Notes: generated from the letters alone by a model not told the origin. A stretch of DNA of 32,000 bases from Erysipelotrichaceae bacterium (GCA_030604855.1 JAUVVC010000005.1:30001-62000), one strand, 5' to 3'. Shown: positions 11,665 through 19,222, counted from the first letter of the stretch. Numbers and translations: made by a program.

Positions 11665-12560
11665 CACAAAGTGTCTGATAAGACATTCATCAGATACTCG
11701 ACAACTTCATTCAATGGTTTATTTTTTGCGATAAACTGTTTGTTTAATATGAGATAAAATTCATTCGCAATACTGATATCTTTGAGCTCGATGATACGCA
11801 ATTGTTTCAAATAGAGCTCTTTTTTTATTGAACTGTAGGGAAGAAAGGATAAGCCATAGCCATTCAGTACAGAGAGCTTAACGGACTCAATGGTATCCAT
11901 GTGATGTTTAATTGTTAATTTTTCAATACGTACATTATTTCTGCGTAAACCCTCATCAATCGTGTCGCGTGTCACACTTCGACCAGAGGACATGATCAAT
12001 GGATATAAATAAAGATCATTAGGGAGAATCTGCTCAGGAAGCACTGAATCGTACTTTACAACCAAGTGTATCGGATCGACTAAAACAGATTGAGACCACA
12101 ATTGCGTACTTTGCGGCTTCCCATTGATAAAGCCAATATCGCCTTCACCACTTAATATTTTCTGTTCAACCAAAAGTGAAGGAAGGACAATCATATCCAT
12201 ATTGATTTCAGGGAAATGTGTTTGTAAATCAAAGAGCGTACAAGGTAAGGCGTAACTACTAAATAATGGGTTTGCATAAATCGTAACTTTTGTGAAGTTG
12301 CGTTTATTCTCTTCAAACTCACGCAATAAAGAGTGATAGCAGTCCACGATGTTTTTAGCATAGCGATAGAAAGTCTCACCTTCAACAGTCGGAATTAAAC
12401 CACGATTAGTTCGATCGAACAATTGGACACCTAATCGTAACTCAATGCTTTTTATGTGTTGACTCAAAGCGGATTGAGAGATGTTTTCACGTTCCGCAAC
12501 CTTTGTGATACTTCTTGATTCAATGACTTGTGAAATCAATCGCAATGTTTCGATATTCAT
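11661..12560 (-). CDS. LysR-family transcriptional regulator
   Basis: 299 aa with an N-terminal wHTH (ITKVAERENISQSALSQHIKSIELRLGVQLFDR) and a LysR substrate-binding body. It is divergent from the yeeE-like operon. Confidence 0.9.
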   Translation of the reverse strand: MNIETLRLISQVIESRSITKVAERENISQSALSQHIKSIELRLGVQLFDRTNRGLIPTVEGETFYRYAKNIVDCYHSLLREFEENKRNFTKVTIYANPLFSSYALPCTLFDLQTHFPEINMDMIVLPSLLVEQKILSGEGDIGFINGKPQSTQLWSQSVLVDPIHLVVKYDSVLPEQILPNDLYLYPLIMSSGRSVTRDTIDEGLRRNNVRIEKLTIKHHMDTIESVKLSVLNGYGLSFLPYSSIKKELYLKQLRIIELKDISIANEFYLILNKQFIAKNKPLNEVVEYLMNVLSDTLC

Positions 12561-12566
12561 GAATCT

Positions 12567-12575
12567 ATCATAGCA
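12567..12575 (-). promoter_or_regulatory. Extended -10 element TGcTATGAT (minus strand), 6 nt upstream of the lysR ATG (leaderless geometry)
   Basis: The minus strand reads tgctatgat-agattc-ATG, with the ATG at 12560-12558. There is no Shine-Dalgarno. Confidence 0.45.
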
Positions 12576-12684
12576 CTTTGTTATTAGAAAAACTTATGCA
12601 ACTTAAGTATTATCTATTTTTCTTTTACAACACCATCGATTATGATTAATGTGTCTTTGATAAATGTTTCACAAGGAGGTTACA

Positions 12685-13350
12685 ATGAGCGAAAAGACGG
12701 CTACAAAAAGAAAGCCCAAGTCCAGTCAGATTCCATTTGCTTTGATTTTGTTGGTAGGGTTGATCTTCTTTGGTAATTATCTATTTACCAAAAGTCCAAA
12801 TTTAGTGATTGCTTTGATTTTGGGGTTAGCATTCGGTTATATTTTGCAACGTTCACGTTTTTGTTTTACTGCAGGCTTCCGTGATCCTTGGTTGACGGGA
12901 AGCACATCCATTACACGTGCGGTCATATTGGCGATCGCACTTGCGACCATTGGATTCTTCTTCATTAAATATAAAGCCTTCTTGGCAGGTGCAGAAGTTA
13001 TTCCAGGGAATGCACACTTTGTGAATCCAATTGGGATTTCGTTATTGGTCGGTGGTGTTATGTTTGGTATCGGCATGGTAATCGCAGGTGGTTGTGCATC
13101 AGGAACATTGATGCGTGTCGGTGAAGGTTTCCAGATGCAAATCATATCGTTGATTTTCTTTGTATTAGGCAGCCTATGGGGTGTCCATGATCTACCATTT
13201 TGGAACAGTTTAAGCAAAGATGCACCACGTATTTTCCTTCCAGATTATTTCGGATGGTACGGTGCACTTGCGGTACAATTCGCATTGTTGGGAGCAGCTT
13301 ATTTTGTAGCAATTTGGTGGCAGAAAAAGAAGATGGGTTCCATCGAGTAA
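12685..13350 (+). CDS. YeeE/YedE-family (Sulf_transp) membrane protein, N-terminal half of a split transporter
   Basis: The ATG at 12685 is preceded by AAGGAGG. The protein is polytopic with RSRFCFTAGFRD and AGGCASGTLMR motifs, which I read as two of the three conserved YeeE cysteines. Confidence 0.85.
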   Translation: MSEKTATKRKPKSSQIPFALILLVGLIFFGNYLFTKSPNLVIALILGLAFGYILQRSRFCFTAGFRDPWLTGSTSITRAVILAIALATIGFFFIKYKAFLAGAEVIPGNAHFVNPIGISLLVGGVMFGIGMVIAGGCASGTLMRVGEGFQMQIISLIFFVLGSLWGVHDLPFWNSLSKDAPRIFLPDYFGWYGALAVQFALLGAAYFVAIWWQKKKMGSIE

Positions 13351-13368
13351 CACAAGGAGAAAATAAAA

Positions 13369-13596
13369 ATGAAAGAATATCGTTTGGATTGCTTGGGAGA
13401 AGCGTGCCCAATTCCATTAATGAAAACAGAAAAGAAGATGATGGATTTACAAGTTGGAGATATGTTGATTGTGATGATCGATCACAGTTGTGCGATGAAG
13501 AACGTTCCTGAATGGGCACGTACGCAAGGTCACAATGTGGATATCGAAGAAGTTGATGATGGTGAATGGGAAATCTTCATTGAGAAGGTGAAGTAG
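13369..13596 (+). CDS. TusA/YeeD/YedF-like sulfur-carrier protein (paralog 2)
   Basis: 75 aa with LDCLGEACPIP and DHSC motifs. It is preceded by AAGGAG and sits between the two YeeE halves. Confidence 0.85.
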   Translation: MKEYRLDCLGEACPIPLMKTEKKMMDLQVGDMLIVMIDHSCAMKNVPEWARTQGHNVDIEEVDDGEWEIFIEKVK

Positions 13597-13598
13597 TC

Positions 13599-14147
13599 AT
13601 GAAAGAATTCTTCTTAAAAATTTCAAATAATGAAATCTATCAACGTTTGTTTAAAAATCCATTCTCCTATGTGGCAGGTGCGACACTTTTGGCCTTCTTC
13701 AATGTCTTGACCTTTGTTTTCACGGGGAATGGCTGGGGAGTTACAGGAGCATTCGCGAACTGGGCTGTTTGGACACTTCAACCCTTAGGTTTGGATGTCA
13801 GTACATGGCCAAGCTTTGCGAGTGAAGCAGCACAGAAGACCTTAGCGGGTGGCTTCTTATCGGATGGAGTCAGTGTACGTAACTTGGGCATCATTCTTGG
13901 GGCTCTATTGGCAACACTCCTAGCTTCACAATTTAAAATCAAGAAAATCAAATCGGTTCGCCAAGTTGTTGCGGCTACGGTTGGTGGCTTAATGATGGGC
14001 TACGGTGCACGTTTAGCCAGTGGTTGTAATATTGGTGCACTCTTCACCGGTACGGCGAACTTATCTGTTTCTGGATGGGTCTTTGCGGCGACTTTGTTAT
14101 TGGGTGCTTATATCGGTAGTAAGATCCTCAAAAAATACTTAATGTAG
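13599..14147 (+). CDS. YeeE/YedE-family membrane protein, C-terminal half of a split transporter
   Basis: 182 aa, polytopic, with GARLASGCNIGALFTG (the third conserved cysteine). It starts 2 nt after the tusA-like stop. Confidence 0.85.
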   Translation: MKEFFLKISNNEIYQRLFKNPFSYVAGATLLAFFNVLTFVFTGNGWGVTGAFANWAVWTLQPLGLDVSTWPSFASEAAQKTLAGGFLSDGVSVRNLGIILGALLATLLASQFKIKKIKSVRQVVAATVGGLMMGYGARLASGCNIGALFTGTANLSVSGWVFAATLLLGAYIGSKILKKYLM

Positions 14148-14148
14148 T

Positions 14149-15366
14149 ATGGAAAAGAAAACAGAACAATATGATGTGGTGATTATTGGGGGTGGAGCCG
14201 CTGGTCTAACGGCTGGCATCTACTGTGGACGTGCACGTTTAAAAACCTTGATCATTGAGAAATCGTTAATGGGTGGTTTAGCGACTTATACAAATGAGAT
14301 TGAGAATTATCCTGGCTTTCCAGATGGATCCAGTGGTTTGGAGTTAATGGAACTCTTCCATAAACAAGCGAAGAAGTTCAATGTGAACTTCAAAATGACG
14401 GATGTGAAAAGCGTAGATTTCACCTCAGAAGTCAAGGTCGTGGAAACATTTCGTGTTCGTTATGAAGCGAAAGCTGTGATTGTGACGAGTGGTGGGAAAC
14501 CGCGCTTGACCAACGCAAAAGGTGAAGCAGAATTCTTATACGATAAAGGCATCTCATTTTGTGCCACTTGTGATGCGGCAGCCAATACCGATAAAGAAAT
14601 CATGGTTATTGGAAGTGGCGATGCGGCGATTGAAGAGGGCATCTTCCTGACGAAGTTTGCAAAGAAAGTTCATGTGTCCGTAATGCACGATACAGGTAAG
14701 ATGGATTGCAATGAGATCGCAAAAGCAGATGCGATGCAAAACCCAAAAATGTCGTTCATTTGGAATACGGTTGTGGAAGAGTTCAATGGAAATGGTCATC
14801 TCGATACGGTTGTATTACGTAATCTTAAAACGAATGAGTTGATTCCTGTACCAGTCGATACTTGCTTTATCTTCATTGGTTATCTTCCCAACACAGAAAT
14901 CTTCAAAGATGTCTTACCGATGACGAAAGCTGGCTACTTGGTAACGAATGAGAAGATGGAGACGAGTATACCAGGCGTATTCGCAGCAGGCGATGTACGT
15001 GACAAGTTCTTGAAACAAGTCGCAACAGCAGTAGGAGATGGGGCAATCGCAGGTTATGCGGCTGAGAAATACATTGCGGAAAGTGAAATGTTTGAGATGC
15101 AGATTTTGAATCACGGACGTCCATCACTTGCCTATGTATATAATGCCATTGATGCCACTTCACGTGCTTACTTAAGTGTCATTGAAGGATTTGAACATGA
15201 GCATCCAGATATCAAAGTCAGTCGGATCGATGTTTATAAATCGGATGGTTTAGCTCGACGACTGGGTGTGTCAAAATTACCCTCACTAGTTTATATTAAT
15301 AATAATAAAATTATTAGAAAAATTGACGATATCAACGATCTGAGCATTCAACAGATTGTTGAGTAA
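14149..15366 (+). CDS. Thioredoxin-reductase-like FAD oxidoreductase with a C-terminal cysteine-free thioredoxin-like domain
   Basis: 405 aa with YDVVIIGGGAAGLTAG (FAD binding), the redox motif FCATCDAA, GSGDAAIEEG and FAAGDV. A C-terminal extension of about 95 aa has a Trx-like pattern but contains no cysteine. Confidence 0.85.
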   Translation: MEKKTEQYDVVIIGGGAAGLTAGIYCGRARLKTLIIEKSLMGGLATYTNEIENYPGFPDGSSGLELMELFHKQAKKFNVNFKMTDVKSVDFTSEVKVVETFRVRYEAKAVIVTSGGKPRLTNAKGEAEFLYDKGISFCATCDAAANTDKEIMVIGSGDAAIEEGIFLTKFAKKVHVSVMHDTGKMDCNEIAKADAMQNPKMSFIWNTVVEEFNGNGHLDTVVLRNLKTNELIPVPVDTCFIFIGYLPNTEIFKDVLPMTKAGYLVTNEKMETSIPGVFAAGDVRDKFLKQVATAVGDGAIAGYAAEKYIAESEMFEMQILNHGRPSLAYVYNAIDATSRAYLSVIEGFEHEHPDIKVSRIDVYKSDGLARRLGVSKLPSLVYINNNKIIRKIDDINDLSIQQIVE

Positions 15367-15377
15367 ACTCTTTGCAC

Positions 15378-15412
15378 GATAGGGTATTCTTCGGAATACT
15401 CTATCATTATTT
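15378..15412 (+). terminator. Rho-independent terminator of the yeeE-tusA-yeeE-trxR-like operon
   Basis: 12 bp stem, gatagggtattc / gaatactctatc, with one G-U pair and a ttcg tetraloop, followed by the T-rich attattt. Confidence 0.55.
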
Positions 15413-15428
15413 AACAAATATGTTTATT

Positions 15429-15448
15429 ATATAGATATATATCTATGA
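15429..15448. promoter_or_regulatory. Operator-like palindrome O1 (ATATAGAT-ATAT-ATCTATga), upstream of arsR copy 1
   Basis: 8-4-8 inverted repeat; 14 of 16 arm positions match the consensus ATATAGAT-N4-ATCTATAT. It lies 12 nt upstream of the arsR ATG at 15460. Confidence 0.6.
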
Positions 15449-15459
15449 ATGAGGTGATT

Positions 15460-15765
15460 ATGGAAACGACAGCTGAACTGCTAAAAGTATTGGGGGATCC
15501 GATCCGCTTGGAGATCATCAAGCAATTGTATAAAGGTAAAGAATTGTGTGCATGCAACATTCAAGACAACTTTAACATTTCACAACCAACCTTATCATTT
15601 CATATGAAGAAGCTGATTACTGCTGGTTTAGTTACTTCACGAAAGGATGGAACCTGGGTGAAGTATCAGGTCAATCATGTGCTTTTTCTCAATCTATTAG
15701 TGGATTTATATAAGCTCACCGATCAAGAGAATATAGGTGCTGAAACATGTTCGTGTAACAAATGA
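15460..15765 (+). CDS. arsR: ArsR/SmtB-family metalloregulator (copy 1)
   Basis: The ATG at 15460 is preceded by GAGGTGA; the ORF-track ATG at 15445 lies inside the palindrome. Motifs are LGDPIRLEII, ELCACN (the alpha3 CxC metalloid-site position), ISQPTLSFHMKKL and a C-terminal CSC. Confidence 0.85.
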   Translation: METTAELLKVLGDPIRLEIIKQLYKGKELCACNIQDNFNISQPTLSFHMKKLITAGLVTSRKDGTWVKYQVNHVLFLNLLVDLYKLTDQENIGAETCSCNK

Positions 15766-15768
15766 TAA

Positions 15769-15788
15769 ATATAGATAATTATCTATAT
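15769..15788. promoter_or_regulatory. Operator palindrome O2 (ATATAGAT-AATT-ATCTATAT), perfect 20 bp palindrome abutting the -35
   Basis: The sequence atatagataattatctatat is its own reverse complement. It ends 5 nt before the TTGACA. Confidence 0.7.
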
Positions 15789-15793
15789 AGTGC

Positions 15794-15821
15794 TTGACAG
15801 ACAGTAAATCAGGCGTATAAT
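15794..15821 (+). promoter_or_regulatory. Near-consensus sigma-A/sigma-70 promoter of the permease-thioredoxin-like pair
   Basis: TTGACA at 15794-15799, a 16 nt spacer, and TATAAT at 15816-15821. Confidence 0.75.
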
Positions 15822-15825
15822 CGTT

Positions 15826-15845
15826 ATATAGATGAATATCTATAT
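15826..15845. promoter_or_regulatory. Operator palindrome O3 (ATATAGAT-GAAT-ATCTATAT) between the -10 and the RBS
   Basis: Both 8 bp arms are perfect. It lies 4 nt after the TATAAT and directly before the GGAGGGG RBS of the permease gene. Confidence 0.7.
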
Positions 15846-15856
15846 ATGGAGGGGAT

Positions 15857-16864
15857 ATGGCATTCTTTAGTTTTCTAAACAATACGTTCTTAAAGATGAC
15901 ATGGTTGAATGAACTTGTCGGGAAATTGGTTTCAGATGTCTTTAACATCAGTCTTGAAAGTCAACTCGGCGCAAGTCTTCAGTTCTTCATTTATGATGTG
16001 ATTAAAATCTTCATTCTATTATCTGTACTAATTTTTACCGTATCCTACATTCAAAGTTATTTCCCACCTGAGCGCACACGCAAGATTTTGGGTCGCTATA
16101 AAGGCTTTACAGCAAATTTACTAGGAGCTTTGTTGGGGACGGTCACTCCGTTCTGCTCCTGTTCATCGATTCCCTTGTTCATAGGGTTCACTTCTGCAGG
16201 CTTACCGATTGGGGTTACGTTTTCTTTCTTGATCTCATCTCCGCTTGTGGATTTGGCTTCGGTCATTCTACTCGCTAGCATCTTCAATTGGCGGATTGCT
16301 TTGGCATATGTCGTAGTTGGGGTTTTCCTAGCTGTCATCAGTGGCACGATCATTTCCAAACTTAAAATGGAGGATCAAGTCGCCTCATTCATTTATAAGA
16401 ATTCAGGCATGCCTGAGCTGGAATTAGAGGAATTAACATTTAGAGATCGAATTGAGACATCCATTGCCGGTGTCAAAGAGATTGTTCAAAAAGTATGGTT
16501 GTATGTTTTAATAGGGGTAGGAATTGGAGCGCTCATTCATAATGTCATCCCTGAGAGCTTCATCACCGCTGTCTTAGGTGTCGATAAATGGTATTCGGTT
16601 CCACTTGCGACTTTGGTCGGTGTACCGATGTACGCGGATATCTTTGGGACTTTGCCCATCGCAGAAGCCTTGGTTTCTAAAGGTGTGGGGATAGGGACAG
16701 CCTTGTCCTTCATGATGGCGGTCACGGCGCTATCATTACCGAGCATCGTCATGCTTAAGAAGGTTGTGAAGAATAAGTTGTTGGCAGTGTTTATTGGCTT
16801 GGTTGTGACGGGCATCATCATCATCGGTTTGCTTTTCAATCAATTCGCATTCTATCTGATCTAA
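15857..16864 (+). CDS. Polytopic permease, COG0701/DUF318 type (ArsP-like)
   Basis: 335 aa, about 8-10 TM helices, with an intramembrane TPFCSCSSIPLF cysteine pair. GGAGGGG RBS. It follows arsR and precedes a mini-thioredoxin, which is the usual context for this family. Confidence 0.7.
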   Translation: MAFFSFLNNTFLKMTWLNELVGKLVSDVFNISLESQLGASLQFFIYDVIKIFILLSVLIFTVSYIQSYFPPERTRKILGRYKGFTANLLGALLGTVTPFCSCSSIPLFIGFTSAGLPIGVTFSFLISSPLVDLASVILLASIFNWRIALAYVVVGVFLAVISGTIISKLKMEDQVASFIYKNSGMPELELEELTFRDRIETSIAGVKEIVQKVWLYVLIGVGIGALIHNVIPESFITAVLGVDKWYSVPLATLVGVPMYADIFGTLPIAEALVSKGVGIGTALSFMMAVTALSLPSIVMLKKVVKNKLLAVFIGLVVTGIIIIGLLFNQFAFYLI

Positions 16865-16879
16865 AAAAAGGAGAACAAT

Positions 16880-17113
16880 ATGATCATCAAAATTCTAGGT
16901 TCTGGTTGTAATAATTGTGTACGTTTAGAAGCCAATGCACGTAAGGCTGCGGAAGAATTAGGCATCACAGCTGAGTTTGTCAAAGTAAAAGATATGGCAG
17001 ACATCGCAGCCTATGGTGTCATGCGTACACCGGGTTTGGTTGTGGATGAAAAAGTCGTATCCTTTGGCAAAGTATTAAGTCCAGAAGACATCAAGCCTTT
17101 AATCGTAAAGTAA
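16880..17113 (+). CDS. Small thioredoxin-fold protein (redox-active disulfide protein 2 / MTH895-like), CNNC active site
   Basis: 77 aa, starting MIIKILGSGCNNCVRLEANA... and containing GVMRTPGLVVDEKVV. AAGGAG RBS. Confidence 0.8.
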   Translation: MIIKILGSGCNNCVRLEANARKAAEELGITAEFVKVKDMADIAAYGVMRTPGLVVDEKVVSFGKVLSPEDIKPLIVK

Positions 17114-17139
17114 TTCGTTGAATAAACGAATTTTCTTTT
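17112..17139 (+). terminator. Weak AT-rich rho-independent terminator
   Basis: aattcgtt / aacgaatt 8 bp stem with a gaata loop, followed by ttcttttg. Confidence 0.45.
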
Positions 17140-17205
17140 GGTCAAGTTAACGAAATTTAACAATTAATCAAGGTATGCCAGTTGTGTTGTCGTACCTTAT
17201 TATTC

Positions 17206-17232
17206 TATAATCATATCGAGGAACATCGATAT
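17206..17232 (+). promoter_or_regulatory. TATAAT -10 plus a 7-6-7 inverted repeat (ATATCGA-GGAACA-TCGATAT) covering the RBS and start codon of arsR copy 2
   Basis: TATAAT at 17206-17211. The arms are at 17213-17219 and 17226-17232, and the spacer contains the GAGGAA RBS. Confidence 0.55.
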
Positions 17233-17563
17233 GAATGAACACCATGTAAATGATGCCAAGTTGTTTAAAGCACTTTGTGATGAACATCGTTTGGCGATAC
17301 TTGATTTATTACAGACCAGTGAGAAGTGTGCGTGTGATCTATTAGAGAATATTTCGATATCACAATCAACCCTTTCACACCATATGAAGATATTGGTTGA
17401 GAGTGGAATCGTGCATGCACGCAAAGATAAGAAGTGGACCTATTACAGCTTGTGTGATGAAGGCATCACATTAGCCAAGCATCGTTTGGAAGATATCTTA
17501 AATAAGGACACAACAGCTTACCTAAGCTGTTCAAGTAAGGAGAACAAGAAATGCGCATCGTAA
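17231..17563 (+). CDS. arsR: ArsR/SmtB-family metalloregulator (copy 2)
   Basis: 110 aa with FKALCDEHRLAILDLL, EKCACDL (the position of the canonical As(III)-binding ELCVCDL motif) and ISQSTLSHHMKIL. Confidence 0.88.
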   Translation: MNEHHVNDAKLFKALCDEHRLAILDLLQTSEKCACDLLENISISQSTLSHHMKILVESGIVHARKDKKWTYYSLCDEGITLAKHRLEDILNKDTTAYLSCSSKENKKCAS

Positions 17564-19221
17564 TCATTGGGGCAGTTGCGGCAGGTACATCTGCAGCAGC
17601 AAAGGCAAGACGGAACGACGATTTTGCAGAGATTGTGATTTATGAGAAGGATCAGGATATTTCTTATTCAGGCTGTGGCTTGCCGTATTATATTGGCGAT
17701 GAGATCAAGGATATTGAAGAACTGACACCACGCGATGCAAAGTTCTTTGATGAGAAATATGACATCACAGTGAAGACCCAACATGAAGTCACCCATGTGA
17801 ACATGATTCATAAGCGTTTGACGATTAAGAATATTGTGACGGGTGAAACCTTTAATGATCACTTTGATAAGTTGATCTTAGCGACGGGTGCTCGTCCTTT
17901 TATGCCAAAGATCGACGGGATTGAGCAGAAACATGTCTTCTTTTTAAGAAATGTTCAGAATGCGATTGCCATCAAAACCTTTATCCAGGAACATAAACCA
18001 AAAACAGCCATTATTGCAGGTACAGGCTTCATTGGCTTTGAAGTCCTAGAGAATCTTCTCCCTTGGAACATCAAAGTTAAGGTCGTAGAAGTGATGAATA
18101 AAATCACGCCTAATTTAGATGAAGACATGGCTTTGCTTCTTGAGAATAAGCTCATTGAAAAAGGTGTTGAGATCATCAAAGGAACCGGAATCACGGAGAT
18201 CCATGAGGACAGTGTGACCTTAAGTAATGGCAAAGTTGAAGATGCGGATATGGTTATTTTGGCAACAGGGGTAAGACCCAATGTAGATCTTGCGAAAGCC
18301 ATGGGCCTACGATTGGGTACAACCGGTGCAATTTGGGTTGATGACACGATGCGTACAAGTCATCCAGATGTCTATGCGGCAGGGGATTGTATCGAAACTT
18401 ACAACAGCATCACGAAGCAAGCTGTTTATCGTCCTTTAGGTACGACAGCGAATAAAACAGGTCGTATTGCAGGAGATAACATCTCCCGAGATAATATCAC
18501 ACGAGTTAACAACGCAAATGGTTTGATGCATTATCAAGGTAACCTCAGTACAGGAATCTTCAAACTCTTTGATTTGAGCATCGGTTCAACCGGACTATCC
18601 GAAGCTGAAGCACGTAAAGCAGGCTATGATATCGAAGTCATTCACAACATCAAACCGCATCGTCCATCGTATTTCGATGGTGAAGAGATGGTCATCAAAG
18701 CCATCGCGGATCGTACAAGCAAACAATTGTTAGGTGTCCAGATTGTTGGGACAGAAGGTGTGGACAAACGCTTGGATGTCTTTGCGACACTGATTACCTA
18801 TCATGCGAAAGTGGATGAACTCTTTCATTTGGATTTGTCCTATGCACCACCGTTCTCAACCACAAAAGACCCCGTACATTACACAGGGATGATTTTAGAT
18901 AATGCGATCGAACGTAATCGCAAGATATTGCCTAATACTGAATTAGATAAGCTACCAGGACTTCAGATCATCGATGCACGAACGGACAAAGATTATACAA
19001 AGAAGGGCCATGTGGAGAATGCGATAAGCATGCCTCATGCGGAGCTTAGAAAACGACTGAATGAGTTGGATCCTAAGAAGCCAGTTGTGACCTATTGCAA
19101 TAAAGGGACGACAGGGAATGCGGCTCAAAATATCTTAATCAATCGTGGATTCAAGCAGGTATACAATCTATCCGGTGGTCATCAGTTCTATAAAGCCACA
19201 CGTGTCAAGAAGGAGAAATAA
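17551..19221 (+). CDS. CoA-disulfide reductase-family flavoprotein with a C-terminal rhodanese domain (CoADR-RHD, persulfide-reductase type)
   Basis: 556 aa with IVIIGAVAAGTSAA (FAD binding), the single redox cysteine in SYSGCGLPYY, a second GTGFIGFE dinucleotide fold, and a C-terminal rhodanese with the VTYCNKGTTGN active-site loop. It overlaps arsR by 13 nt. Confidence 0.85.
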   Translation: MRIVIIGAVAAGTSAAAKARRNDDFAEIVIYEKDQDISYSGCGLPYYIGDEIKDIEELTPRDAKFFDEKYDITVKTQHEVTHVNMIHKRLTIKNIVTGETFNDHFDKLILATGARPFMPKIDGIEQKHVFFLRNVQNAIAIKTFIQEHKPKTAIIAGTGFIGFEVLENLLPWNIKVKVVEVMNKITPNLDEDMALLLENKLIEKGVEIIKGTGITEIHEDSVTLSNGKVEDADMVILATGVRPNVDLAKAMGLRLGTTGAIWVDDTMRTSHPDVYAAGDCIETYNSITKQAVYRPLGTTANKTGRIAGDNISRDNITRVNNANGLMHYQGNLSTGIFKLFDLSIGSTGLSEAEARKAGYDIEVIHNIKPHRPSYFDGEEMVIKAIADRTSKQLLGVQIVGTEGVDKRLDVFATLITYHAKVDELFHLDLSYAPPFSTTKDPVHYTGMILDNAIERNRKILPNTELDKLPGLQIIDARTDKDYTKKGHVENAISMPHAELRKRLNELDPKKPVVTYCNKGTTGNAAQNILINRGFKQVYNLSGGHQFYKATRVKKEK

Positions 19222-19222
19222 G

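Noticed and set aside
12561-12684. There could be a LysR T-N11-A box in the lysR/yeeE divergent intergenic region.
   Set aside because: Only short AT-rich partial dyads (for example acttaagt at 12599-12606) are visible. None is convincing enough to annotate without a comparative alignment.
15429-15845. The repeated 20 bp palindromes could be a CRISPR array, a MITE or terminal inverted repeats of a mobile element.
   Set aside because: There are only three local copies, with irregular spacing of 340 and 57 bp. They sit precisely on promoter and RBS elements. There are no cas or transposase genes and no target-site duplications. An operator interpretation fits better.
17231-17563. ArsR-2 could be a BigR/SqrR-type persulfide sensor, given the adjacent CoADR-rhodanese.
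   Set aside because: Its cysteine pair sits in the EKCACDL position of the classical As(III)-binding alpha3 site, and the operon ends in acr3-arsC. I could not place cysteines at the BigR/SqrR positions. This is not fully excluded without an alignment.
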